From positions 186,001 to 250,000 of the forward strand of contig SMSO01000036.1 of NCBI GenBank assembly GCA_004764695.1: a DNA stretch of 64,000 nt. Reading direction: 5' to 3'. Numbering within the stretch: the stretch's first letter is position 1; every line of letters starts with the position of its first letter. Below are positions 1 to 11,148 of the stretch, in pieces. Below the pieces are notes generated by a model, which worked only from the letters and a program-made list of their open reading frames with translations, searched no databases and had not been told where the DNA came from. A program made the position numbers and the translations under genes. Source of the stretch: Schizochytrium sp. TIO01 (lineage: Eukaryota > Protista > Bigyra: Labyrinthulomycetes).

Positions 1-1845
1 CCGTCCAGCATCATTACAAACACATTTGGTTTGAGTTGGCAAAGTGCCCAGTTCACCCAGACCGTTGTTAAGGTCGTGTAGTGCGAGACGACAGAGCCCA
101 TCGCACACAGAATCGCCTTCTCAGTCTCTTCCTAGATACGTAAAAGACCTTTGGATCACTTATTGCGCAAGAGTGTCTATCGTTTGCCTTGGTAAGTCTA
201 CCTATGACGTCAATCGCGATTTGTTGGAGCTCTGGTGTCTCAGAAGACGGATTCGTCGAGAGCGCTCATTGACGGGTTTGAGCATTCAATTTTTAGTTTT
301 CTCAGATTTAGGCAAAAACTGCTAGTATGTATTATTGGTTTATATAATGTGTTTTGGCCTTTATTTTTTATAATTCGAAGAGTACTTTAGCAGTAGACTA
401 TAGTGCATGTCATTTCCCCTACAAGATCATTACACGTGAGGACAGCTTATGTTCTCCCTCTTCCAAGAAATAACGCAAAAAAATTCACTCGTTGGTGTTG
501 CTGCGCAGATCTTCACTTCTGAGAGCGCAGTTTAGTATCCCTCCATCATCTTTTCAATTCCTAACTTCGCTCCTTTTTTTTCATCTTTTTGCCCACGTAA
601 TTTTTAATATTTATTTATTCATAATCAATTCTTGACTCTTATTTTAATTAGAATAAATGAATAAATATATATATAAATATACATATATATAAGTAATGAA
701 TACAGGTGCAAACTCTACCGGTGGTGGCTGCAAGACTAACCCCCTCCAGAAGTACTTCCTTTTTGGACAAGGTCGAGTCTTTGGAGATTTTGCAGTAAAA
801 GCTGTAGGTCCAACTAGTTCGGCAAATTTCGTCAAAGAAGAAACTGAACGGTTATACATACTTACTTCCTTACTAACTGTCTTATTTCAAGCGCCGAGTT
901 TGCAGTGGTTACTATCTGTTGCACACACTAATTACATCCATTTTGTTCTCCACGCTCCAGGCCACTCGACCTAGCTGCTGTCACAAAGCTTCAGGAACAG
1001 CACTGGCAGCGGCCTGATGTTGATCACCGTTGCAAATACTAATCAAGAAACTGTTGCAACGAAAATCATGCATTCAAGTGTTGTCACTTTTGACTAGCTG
1101 CTTCGAGCAGCAAAGAACGAAAACTCGATCGACGCCCTAAAGCGCGGAGATATCAAGTGGGGGAACTTGAATAGTGGCACCTCTGCTGATATGGGGAACC
1201 TGCTTCAAGGGACGGAATCCAACTTCAGGTAGATGAGACCGCGTAATGTAACTAGCTAACCTGCGGCCACGCTGCAACCACAAATGTCCGTTGAAAGCGA
1301 CGACCTAGATAAACTAGCACACAGTAGGCCTAGTACAGACAATAGATAAAAGCCTCTGCAAGAATATGAACGATCCAGAAGTGGAGCTGTCAGTGGTGTC
1401 TCTCATGCTCACTGACCAGAACCACGCCGCAGTATTTCAAGACGAACTCAGAGATTGATCCCACTAGCGAACCTTTCCTGCCAGGACATCCTGCTTTCAA
1501 TTGAGGTCAGCAAGCTTGGCGCTTCGGACCTTGTACTCGCGGTGCTGCGATTCATGTGGCCACTGGCGGTCCGAAGGCGCTGCGCTCATGCACGTTTAAC
1601 GTTCACAAAGGAAACCCGAACACAAACTTGCAATAGGAGTGGGGACGCTAGCCAGACCGGCCGCCCGCCAGCTCTCTTCACGCAATTCTGTTGTGTAGAA
1701 CCATCAGTAAATCACCGAAGTTGAAAAACAAGTGAGTAGGGGCTGTTGTAAAAGCAAATTGAGATCTCCTGAGGGTGCCTTATTCAATCGCAAGCTTTGG
1801 ACACGTGGCCTCGCGCAAGGCAACAACACATCCGAGTTTTCGGAT

Positions 1846-3891
1846 ATGGCTGGAAGGCTGAAATTGGGGTTGGCTGATGGCTTCTTAGGTGAGCATCACG
1901 AATTAGCAAATGAAGACGAGAAGGAGCAGTCTATGCCTAGTCACCGAAGTTTCGAAAGGGGGGACTCATGTCGTTCTTCATGTGAACCACATTTCATTCG
2001 GTTGGACCTCAGCAAACTTACACAGAGTGCGCCAACTTTGCCATCTATGCGGACTGGGGACAGGATTCGTGTAAATTGGAGAGCAGCTCTCGAAGATGAT
2101 GCGTCTTGTGAAGCACTGCTTATCGATCTTGCAAAATCTCAAAATGCCCGTGAAGTGTTGACGGAACAATGTGGAAATGTTTTTCAGACACTAGGCAAAG
2201 CTCTTTCGAACCGATCAGCATCGAAGATCATTAAGAAGGCTGAACACGGATCTTCTAGGCTAGTTAACGAGCAGCAGCACGGAGTACAGAATCAACAGGA
2301 AAAGGTAGAAACAGAACCTGTACATTCTCCTCAAGAAAGTTCTCAGAACATAGGTACAGCGCCAAATATACCAGGATTGACTTTGAACCGGTTGCGGCTC
2401 TCCCTCGTCCTTCCGCAAGCAAGTAGCAGAGAAGCAACTCCACCGCCCCGAAAGGTTGAGCGTAACGATCGAGCAGCATCGATTTGCATTGCTCTGGTAA
2501 TTGAGCGACATGGGCGGGGCATCTTTACTGCGGAGGACATTCCTTGGACAGAGCTGCTACACTACTTTTGTCGTCCCGAAGTAAGGTCGCTGCGTTGGGT
2601 TCGTTGGGTGGATCAGAATATCAAAGGGGCATCAGTTTTACTCGAAATCCTCACGCCGTCGTGCCCATCTCTATATGGAGATCATCTTGGAGCTGGTAGA
2701 CATGGAATTGTTCAAAGTATCGCGGGCTCTCCTGGAAAAGCTTTGAAACGTTTTGTAGTAAAGACCCGGCGCCTTCGAAAAGAACAGATACCTCGTATCT
2801 TTAATGAAATTGCCGCATTGCGAGCTTTAACTGAGGCACAAAACAAGGACCCAATGTCTCCATGTTATGTCATTCCGTTGTCAAACTTTGGGCGTTTCAC
2901 AGACGAAGGGCGGGATATCTTCATTACTTTAGATCGGGCTCCGCTTAGCCTATGCGAATGGCGAAGGAAAGTTCAAAGTCAGAAATCTCGTAAATGGCTC
3001 GCTCAGGTTATTGCATTCTACTCTGATGTAGCTCAGGCTCTAGACTTCATTGCATCTCATGGAATTACGCACAACGATATTCGCATGGACAACATCCTGC
3101 TCGTGCCTTGCCCTAAAAAGAATGGTTATTGCAATATGAGAGCAGTGCTGGCTGATTTTGGTGAATCTTACTGCACAAATTTGTCTACTTCAAGTATGGG
3201 TGAAGTAGAGAATTTTCAATTTGAGACGCGTGGAACTGAGTGCATCATGGCTCCCGAAATGCTCACTGTATGCGATTTGAGTCGAGCTCAAGAGCGTGAA
3301 AACTTTGATCGACTTCAAACCTTTCGATGGGGTACGTCGTCACCAAGTGACGTCTGGGGTCTTGGATGCCTTATGTTTGAGATGACTACAGGAAGCTTTC
3401 TTTATGAAGAAGCTCTAACGGCCTGGGCAACATTTTTCGCACGTCTCACTCGTCAGAAAGAAGCTGATGCTCTACCATTGATTCCTGAAGAAAAAAAGAC
3501 ACAGTTCTGGGAAGCCTGCTCAAATGAAGGTCAAGCTCAAGAGATTATGTCTTTGCTTATTGTTGGAGCTCTTGAGACTGACCCTCGCCGACGTCCAACA
3601 GCAGCTGCAATGAGGGACCGAGCAAATAAATTATTGCAGGATCAAGCGCCAGAAGACCACCATGACGATGATGATGAAGATAATGCAATGACCGCAGTCC
3701 TTAGTATAGTAGGGGAAGTTACCAACAATCTTGTTTTATCCGGTGGCAACAATTTATGTCAAGAACAACTTGAAGGGGAGTTTCATTCACCTGACTCTCC
3801 GTGTACAGTCATTTCGTCCAGTGGGCTAAGCGGACCGCACGACCTTTCCTACCCAGACATGTCAAGGTCAGAAGCAGACATCCAATTTTGA
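1846..3891 (+). CDS. Ser/Thr protein kinase with long N-terminal extension
   Basis: ORF 1732..3891, first ATG at 1846. Gly loop LGAGRHGIV, VVK lysine, alphaC NEI, catalytic loop HNDIRMDN, DFG, GTECIMAPE, SDVWGLG, RRPTA. Confidence 0.92.
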   Translation: MAGRLKLGLADGFLGEHHELANEDEKEQSMPSHRSFERGDSCRSSCEPHFIRLDLSKLTQSAPTLPSMRTGDRIRVNWRAALEDDASCEALLIDLAKSQNAREVLTEQCGNVFQTLGKALSNRSASKIIKKAEHGSSRLVNEQQHGVQNQQEKVETEPVHSPQESSQNIGTAPNIPGLTLNRLRLSLVLPQASSREATPPPRKVERNDRAASICIALVIERHGRGIFTAEDIPWTELLHYFCRPEVRSLRWVRWVDQNIKGASVLLEILTPSCPSLYGDHLGAGRHGIVQSIAGSPGKALKRFVVKTRRLRKEQIPRIFNEIAALRALTEAQNKDPMSPCYVIPLSNFGRFTDEGRDIFITLDRAPLSLCEWRRKVQSQKSRKWLAQVIAFYSDVAQALDFIASHGITHNDIRMDNILLVPCPKKNGYCNMRAVLADFGESYCTNLSTSSMGEVENFQFETRGTECIMAPEMLTVCDLSRAQERENFDRLQTFRWGTSSPSDVWGLGCLMFEMTTGSFLYEEALTAWATFFARLTRQKEADALPLIPEEKKTQFWEACSNEGQAQEIMSLLIVGALETDPRRRPTAAAMRDRANKLLQDQAPEDHHDDDDEDNAMTAVLSIVGEVTNNLVLSGGNNLCQEQLEGEFHSPDSPCTVISSSGLSGPHDLSYPDMSRSEADIQF

Positions 3892-4318
3892 GGATAATTT
3901 CGAAAACAAGATCGACTTTTTGCATGTAATTATAAATGAATTTTAATACACACTTCTATAGAAAATTAATTGACGCAAAGCAAAATTCTTCGGTCCAAAT
4001 TCAGAAGGTGGAAATTAAAGTGTTTGTTGACTTGGTGCCCTATAGACGAGGCGGTAAAAACACTGCACGGCAGACTCAAATCGATAAGCACCCAACTCCC
4101 ACACACGCAGCTGGGAGAGAATGAGCTTGTAAAAGGTACAAATAATTGCTATCCTGATGAACATTCAAATCTTGTAAACCTGCAACAGTAATCGTAAGAT
4201 GCGTTTACAAAGAAGCGACGTTTCCTAGTTGTAAACAGAAAAACGAAACTGTATAGACGTAGTAAAGTCGAGGACCAGGAAGAATCGAACAGGGATGCTA
4301 TTAAAGCAAAGGTTTTAA

Positions 4319-5158
4319 TTATAAAGTTGACTTTTTCTCACCCTTAGAGCTCGAAGATTCTCGCTTGGAACGTCTACGTTCCTTTTTATCCTCCTCAAGA
4401 TCTGCAATGAGGCTATTCCACACAAGGCGATGAGGGTCCCTAAACCCCCATGCAGAGGTAAACTCATCGTTTTCTGTAATGTAAGCAGTGTTTACATCTC
4501 CATTGGAGATAAGTTCCCAGCGTCCGTCCGTATCTGGACTGCACTCAAGCTCGAAGATACCACAGGGGGCAAATTTGAAGGAAAGATCGTCAGGAAATGG
4601 TAGATTGAGGATCCCCGCCACGAGGCACACGCTAGCAGCATGCGTGTAACACACTACTGTCTGCCCTTCGAACTCTTGCGCCAGCTTGCGCCCCACTACC
4701 ATCATACGCCGCATGTAAGATTCTGGGTACAGCTCCGCCGGCACGCCAAATTCCTCTGCATCTGCCTCGATCACATGCATCGGCTCATAGGTCTCGTCGA
4801 TCTCCGGAAAGTAGGCAAATCTCTCTCGCGCAGATGGTAAGACATTTGGACAGTGGTGCGTCTCCGAGAGACCTTCTTCGATAAGAAGACTCTCTCCAAG
4901 TTTGCGAGCTAGAGGTTGTGCTGTCATAATCACGCGGAGGTACGGGGAGACAAGAATGGCATCAGGCTTCTCTTGGAGCTCCTCTAGGCGCTCGGCGAGC
5001 CTTACTGCTGCCTGTTCAGCCTGGCGTACGCCCAATTCGGAGAGAGGAGGGTCTCGAGGGTTGAGGCCCAGGCTTGCGGCGCGGGGAGCCCAATCCGGGT
5101 TCGCGTAGTCAAAGCGAGCGCCGTGCCGAACTACGATGATCCGAGTTGTGGTGCCCAT
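4319..5158 (-). CDS. Histidine phosphatase / phosphoglycerate mutase family protein
   Basis: N-terminal VVRHG motif, DPPLSELG, SPYLRV.MTA, EEGLSE and second His in YTHA. Confidence 0.92.
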   Translation of the reverse strand: MGTTTRIIVVRHGARFDYANPDWAPRAASLGLNPRDPPLSELGVRQAEQAAVRLAERLEELQEKPDAILVSPYLRVIMTAQPLARKLGESLLIEEGLSETHHCPNVLPSARERFAYFPEIDETYEPMHVIEADAEEFGVPAELYPESYMRRMMVVGRKLAQEFEGQTVVCYTHAASVCLVAGILNLPFPDDLSFKFAPCGIFELECSPDTDGRWELISNGDVNTAYITENDEFTSAWGFRDPHRLVWNSLIADLEEDKKERRRSKRESSSSKGEKKSTL

Positions 5159-5980
5159 AGTTTGTGTCTTAATTGATGGACAAAGGTGTATTTGGGTTTG
5201 CGTCCTGGGTGGTGAACCAGTTCGTGTGGTTTGGCGAACGAGCCTCGTGCGCTAAAATGTAAAGTTCGCAGTCACAGGTGAGTGGGAATTATAGGTCCCC
5301 GAAGTGAATGTTACACGTGTTGGAACAGTAAAGGGATATATCGATGATTCACTCAAAGATTATAACGTAGCTATCTCGATGCCAGTGGAAGCGAATCCTT
5401 AACCTTCTCCGCGTAGTTCACGTCTTACGTCAAAGCTCTGTGTGTGTGACGAAGTTCTGTCCTTGCTAAAAGCCCTCCTCAGTGAACCCTCGTTAGACTC
5501 TGCTTACTTCCTCGACCAAGTCCCTGGCGCAGTTTGCGATGCAGTTCCTTTAATGACCGCCACGCTGTGGCTCTCCCTTGCCGCCGTTGCGATTCCCGAA
5601 ACGACCTAGTCCTAGCTCGCTCACTCGTTCAATCTCCACGTTGCAGGAATGCTGCTTCTTCCACCCTGTTGGAAGGGTGACGCTCTTTTCAGAGCTTCTT
5701 CTTCTTCTTCCTCGTCTTTTCACGGACCAACTACAAACTGATGCCTGGTCAGCAGCAGTCAAATCTACAGTGACTGTATGCCTTGTCTTCAAACGTGAAG
5801 GGTCTTTGGCCAACGCGTTTTTGTGCGTAGGTACCTATGTGCTCATGCTCACGCAGAGCTCATCGATCCTCGTCGTGTGAACTTTTCTTTTTCATTTAAC
5901 TACTACACTACTGCTACTGCTTACTAAGTACTATCTACCTTCGTAGGTACTATAAAACCAAAGCAAACCAAAGCAATGCA

Positions 5981-7328
5981 ATGCAAAGCACAGCAAAGCA
6001 AAGCGAAGCTAAGTTGCCGAGAACCTTCGATCCAGGCACATTACCGCACACTGAAGATCGCCACGTACCCTCGCAATCATACCTGTTGGCAGCGAAGTAT
6101 GGCGATGTCCACTCACGGAATGACACACGTTCTGGGCACCGAGGTGCTGCGATTCTCGTTCATTCAAGTTCTCGTAGAGACGGGGAAACAATTCCAATGC
6201 TCTTTAAATCAAACAAGACTCGGTGTAGCAGAAGGCCCGACAAGGCGCCTCCCCGTTTGCTGCAGAAATGGCAGCAAATCGGGCCTGGCACCACAAAGAA
6301 ATATCATTGTGTGGGGTGGAGGATGATACGGGACAAGGAGAGGAATGCGAAGGGTTTTGCTGCCGATTTGGCGGTAAAACAGGGGTACCTGAAAGAAGGA
6401 CTGGAAGTGTCGGTTTCGTGGTCCCATGGATTACGGAGGGGCAAATTGCAATTGATGAGGGCGATTCTGACAGAGGAGCTTACGAAGGGAATCAAAGTCG
6501 TGGATAAAGGGATGGAGATGGGTTGCCTGATTCGTGAATAGAAACCATTGACTGAAGTGGGGTGGAGAAAGCATTGGGGCTTTGCAGAGAGGCGAAGGAA
6601 TTGTTGAAGAACGCATGCCGGGGTTTCACAAGGTGGAGAGAACGGGATTTCAGGGAGAAGAAGATGGATCGGTGAAGCGCTGCGGGTTTCATCGCCATGA
6701 GGTGTTGCCGTACCCATTCGAGGACGAGTCTCAAGCAGCGCAGAAAGCTTCCCGTCGAGCTGCGGAATATGAAAAGAGTAAACTCAAAGAAGCATTAGAC
6801 TTACGCGAAAGGGAACGCATGTCAAGATGGTATAACAAAGCAGCTCATCGCAGAGACACGCGTACCAAAACGAAAGCACCTGTGGGTGGACCAGAACGTG
6901 CAAAAGCCCGGGTGCGACAATACCGCCGTGCCAAAGCAGCCCACGAGCAAAGTCAGAGGGAAGCCGAAGTCGCAGAACGGTGGTATCTCCGAGACCCTAC
7001 TCGAAAGATGGCGGCGAGTGCTGTAGAACAAGCTCAGGAATACTCATCTCGATTCTTTGAAAGCCAACGCAAAGATGAGGAAGTTCAAAAACAACTCAAG
7101 GCTGAACGGTCCCAGGTTCTTGAGGACAAATTAAGCCAGATATTTGCGCGGAGAGATCGAGCATTTTCTGTATCGAAATCCGAGACCATGGAAGCCTTGA
7201 GAGCGGGGCATGCATTACCCGCGTTTCGACCAGGTGCATATGTTAATGATTTTACTGCTTCATATGCAGTGCAAGCTTGCGGTTCTCCACGTCGGTTCTT
7301 CTCTCCTTCTGCAAGCTCGCTTTTGTGA
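5981..7328 (+). CDS. Hypothetical protein, probably two exons; charged, coiled-coil-like C-terminal part
   Basis: Adjacent ORFs 5981..6541 and 6582..7328 on the same strand. Candidate acceptor TTTGCAG at 6581-6587 with a branch-like TTGACTGA upstream. Donor site not determined. Confidence 0.5.
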
Positions 7329-7818
7329 ATTTCTCCACAACGGCATTGACAACAGGAAGAGATCATTTTTCAACAATGCAAACCCTTGCTGGAGCGAAGC
7401 CTCCATAGTTTAACGTTAAGCTCAAGCGTACCGTTTTTATAAAATAACTATAACCATAAGATATTTTGTGCATAAAAGAAGAGGATATGTGTCTCTTGAG
7501 TTTAATAATAAATGAGTAGTAAAACAGTCGTCTACATGATGAGTTGACAAAACAACAACACAAAAAAAAAATAACTGAACTTTTAAAGTCTGTTTATCTG
7601 GAGACGAAAACAGAGCAAGGAAACTCAGTTCCAGGTTAAAATTAAGGCGCCGCAGTAAAAGTTGGCGCCTAAACATTGTAAAGATGAACTTATTTATATC
7701 TACGATAGTCCAGCAAACATCCAGCTTCGAAAGAAGGGGATGAGAAGATCCTTGCCTCCCCCCCCCCACATACCACCACCACACACACATCTCTCTTCAG
7801 AAACACTAAGGGAGCAGA

Positions 7819-9387
7819 TCAAAAATGTACAAGGGAGAGCAACAGACGGTCTCTGCGCGCTTGCAGCCGCGCCACGTGTTCTTGGAGAGCCTCCTCTGTG
7901 AGCACGCGTCTTCTTGGTCGCGCGATAGATATGAAACAAGGGCATTGCGTTGTCCCGACACTGCCAAAACGAAACCAGTACTTGAGTGGACTCATACAGG
8001 CGTCTGATTGCTGGTCCTCAGCAGTTGCGGCGTAAACATCAAGGGCACAGCTACGCACGAACGAAGGGAGCGCACCACAGGCCCTTGCAGCACTCATGTC
8101 TTTCCCGGTGGCCCAAAACGTAATATTTTTGTACGCCGCAAGTAAGAAGGTGTATCGCATGTACTCTTCATCTGCATCAAGGCGCAACAAATTGACAGCG
8201 TAACCTAGGAACCCGGGAGCATCAATGTGCGGCATGGCTATGGACGGGTGTGGTGAGAGCAAGGTCGATATATTATCCTGTGAGTAAAACGAGACTGGAC
8301 CGCGGTAATCCGTCCTTTTCCTAAATAATATTGCGTCGTTTGACCTTGACAGGATCACTGTCGACATTGCAAACTGTCTATGATGGCTAATCGCCAGCGC
8401 CATGGCCGCATTCTCAAAGTACCCGATATTGCTCACCACCCTCACCACCGATCCTTTCGGCATTTGGCATAGAGCTGCTAGCAATCTTCTCTGCGTTAGA
8501 AAGTGTCTTAGCTCTGCCTCTGTCTCCAGCAGCTTCAACCGAATGTACGCTCGCTTCACTACGCCATGGCCTCCACTTCTCTTGCTCAAAGCCCCAGGAA
8601 CTCCTTCATCTCCATAGCTACCAACGTCAGCCGGGCCAAACTCACGCACACACAGCCTCCGCTCCGCCTCTTCATAATGTCTTCGAAATAGCGCATTTTC
8701 TCGCACAGTCTCTCCGCAGAACCTCGCCATCGTTTTACAAGAAAGCCCGAGCGTGCCAAGAGATGCGGGGTCAAGAAAATCGAGGACCCCGTGAAGAACG
8801 TCGAGATCTAGGCTTGCAAGGTAGCGGAACTGAGGCCTCTGGCGAGGCACCGGCCGATAGCTTTCGCCGGTAGAGCGCAACCTTGCGCCCTCCGCAGCAA
8901 CGGCCTGCCAGAGTTCGCCAAACTGGAGATGTAGTGCAGATGCACGAAGTTGGTACTCAGTAGGCATTGCAGACATGACGGCTGCACGCGCAGATGCAGG
9001 CCCTGCAGCGAGAGCGGCGCCAGCAGAACGCCAAGAAGAAGGGTCTAGCGCCACCTCAGCCCCACGCAGCCTCCACGCAGCAGCGTCCAGCGCCGCGAAG
9101 ACCGCGCCGGCGGCGCCGGACTCGCGTCTTGCGGAACTGCGAATGCTGTCGCGATTCTGCTTAGAATCGCTACTTTGGCCACGCCTAGGCCCTCCTAAAG
9201 GACTCCTATTGCTATCAGGGGTCCTATCGCGAGGTAAGTAACTGCTACTCTCACCGCCATCGTGATTATCACTGTCAAAGATCTCGCTTTGATTGCCATC
9301 GTTGTCGTCGTTGTCGCTGAGACTTTCATCTTCGTTGTCGAAGGGATCGTCGTTGAGATATTCAACGAGGGAAGATAAACTCCACAT
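7819..9387 (-). CDS. F-box domain protein
   Basis: 522-aa ORF with acidic N-terminus. LASLDLDVLHGVLDFLDPASLGTLGLSCKTMARF fits the F-box consensus. Confidence 0.7.
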   Translation of the reverse strand: MWSLSSLVEYLNDDPFDNEDESLSDNDDNDGNQSEIFDSDNHDGGESSSYLPRDRTPDSNRSPLGGPRRGQSSDSKQNRDSIRSSARRESGAAGAVFAALDAAAWRLRGAEVALDPSSWRSAGAALAAGPASARAAVMSAMPTEYQLRASALHLQFGELWQAVAAEGARLRSTGESYRPVPRQRPQFRYLASLDLDVLHGVLDFLDPASLGTLGLSCKTMARFCGETVRENALFRRHYEEAERRLCVREFGPADVGSYGDEGVPGALSKRSGGHGVVKRAYIRLKLLETEAELRHFLTQRRLLAALCQMPKGSVVRVVSNIGYFENAAMALAISHHRQFAMSTVILSRSNDAILFRKRTDYRGPVSFYSQDNISTLLSPHPSIAMPHIDAPGFLGYAVNLLRLDADEEYMRYTFLLAAYKNITFWATGKDMSAARACGALPSFVRSCALDVYAATAEDQQSDACMSPLKYWFRFGSVGTTQCPCFISIARPRRRVLTEEALQEHVARLQARRDRLLLSLVHF

Positions 9388-11148
9388 GGGTTTCGAAGGG
9401 AGGCGTTGAGCGAAATATAAATGGACACTCAGGTTCTTCGTAGCTTGAGTTTTTTTGTTTTTTGTTTTTTGTTTTTTGTTTTTTTGTTTTTTGTTTTTTA
9501 TTGTTTTTGTTCGATTGATTGAAATGAATGAAATGGAAATCGTTTTTTGGTCTGATTCTGTTGATTTTCTTTCTTTCTTCTGAGGATCGATTTCCAGCGC
9601 TTATTAGCCTGAAACGAGTCTTTCTTCTGCGCAAACGCGACGATTGACGGGCTCCAGAGCGGCCTTCTTTGCCGCACTTCGTACTCTCGTTGGTCGCTGT
9701 GCTCGTTTGTGTTGATGTCTGTCCTCTGTTGAGAACTAACTGGCTTCGTATTGAGCAGAAAACCCGAGTGCGCAAAAGTAGTAGAACTCTGCGACGGCGA
9801 ACTTTGACAACCACACGCACGCTCGAACTCTCTTGCTGCGCAGGGATCACGAGCAGACTCTACGTGAGTTCGCCCTGGCTCTGAAGGGCGCCAGGCGGCA
9901 GAAACAGCTTGCGCAGGAGCTTGAGTTGGTTCAAGTCACTCGCGCGCTTTGATCGTTTCCAGCACGTACCAAGATGGAGGGTCGTTTTGACCCTAAAACT
10001 TGGTCCCAAGATTTTTGCTCCTAGAGCCGCGAAGGTCGAATTCTGTTCGCAGCAGCTGTAAACCTGCGTCTGCATACCCTGCTCTGCAAATGCCCTTTGA
10101 GGAATATCGCCAAGAACTCGCACAGGTTGCCTCCAAAACGTGCGATGGAACAGCGCCTGGGAACCTGCCTGCTGCTCTCGAGTGTTTGATAAAATAAATG
10201 GAATAGTAAAGGCGCCTTCTTCTATCTCAAGGCAAGTACGAGAAACCTCTGCCGAGTTGAAGCCAAAGCAGCTTGTCTGCACGGCCTTCAAGCGTCTGCA
10301 GCTCTCCCGGCGAGGAGCTATTCCTGTATTGTAATTTGCCTTTCGAGCCGCGCGTATTTTCAACCCTATTCAGATAGAAGAACTAACTAATTCGCCACGA
10401 TGCTCTGAGAGCGAGCTAGCGAGCTAGACTCGCACGGAAGCCTCCTGCCGTCTTTCTGCGGCAGCCATGCGGAGCCGAATACGAACTGCTTCTCCACGCC
10501 CGGGTTTCTGTCAAGCGAAGGCGCCGAGGGCCAAGCAGGAGTCTACGTCATGCTGCCATCGCCGCCATGACGTGGTCTCTCACGTAGGACTCAGTACGGT
10601 TATTTATTCATTTGCTATGGAAACGACCCAAAGACTGAGTGAGTCATCGATCCGAGTTCCAGCTCCAACCAAAGCAGTCGAAGGCCTCCTCTTGCGGAAC
10701 GCACAAAGGCCAAACTGCCTCAAAATCCGGCCCAAGACCAGCTCCGAAGACTGGATTGCGAGCTTTAACGCCAAAGGAGGGTCCGCAAAAGCGCCACGCG
10801 CCGCCATCAAAGGTCTCCTTTGCTACGGGAAATGTGCCTATGGTGCCAAATACTTTTCCTAATACTGTGAAGTATGGATACGCAAGTGCTTCTTGTGAAG
10901 TAGTCCACTTGGGCATATCAAAGGACCTCGCGTCGAGGGCGTCGAGGCGCTGGCTGCAGACCTGCAACGAACTGCAGATAGTAGGCCTCAAGAAGAGCAG
11001 ACACCTCTGTCGGGGAGTAGGACGGGCAAGAGGTGATCAACTAAGCAGAAAGTACGACGACAGTACAGCAGCTTTCAGCAAGTTACGGCTTTAGACAATT
11101 CTCAAGCTAATCTTGTGAACTCGAGATTGAGACAAATCTAACGACATC

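Noticed and set aside
9860-11094. Several 100-170 aa ORFs between the F-box gene and ACOX
   Set aside because: They overlap on both strands with no domains; consistent with a GC-rich divergent promoter/UTR region.
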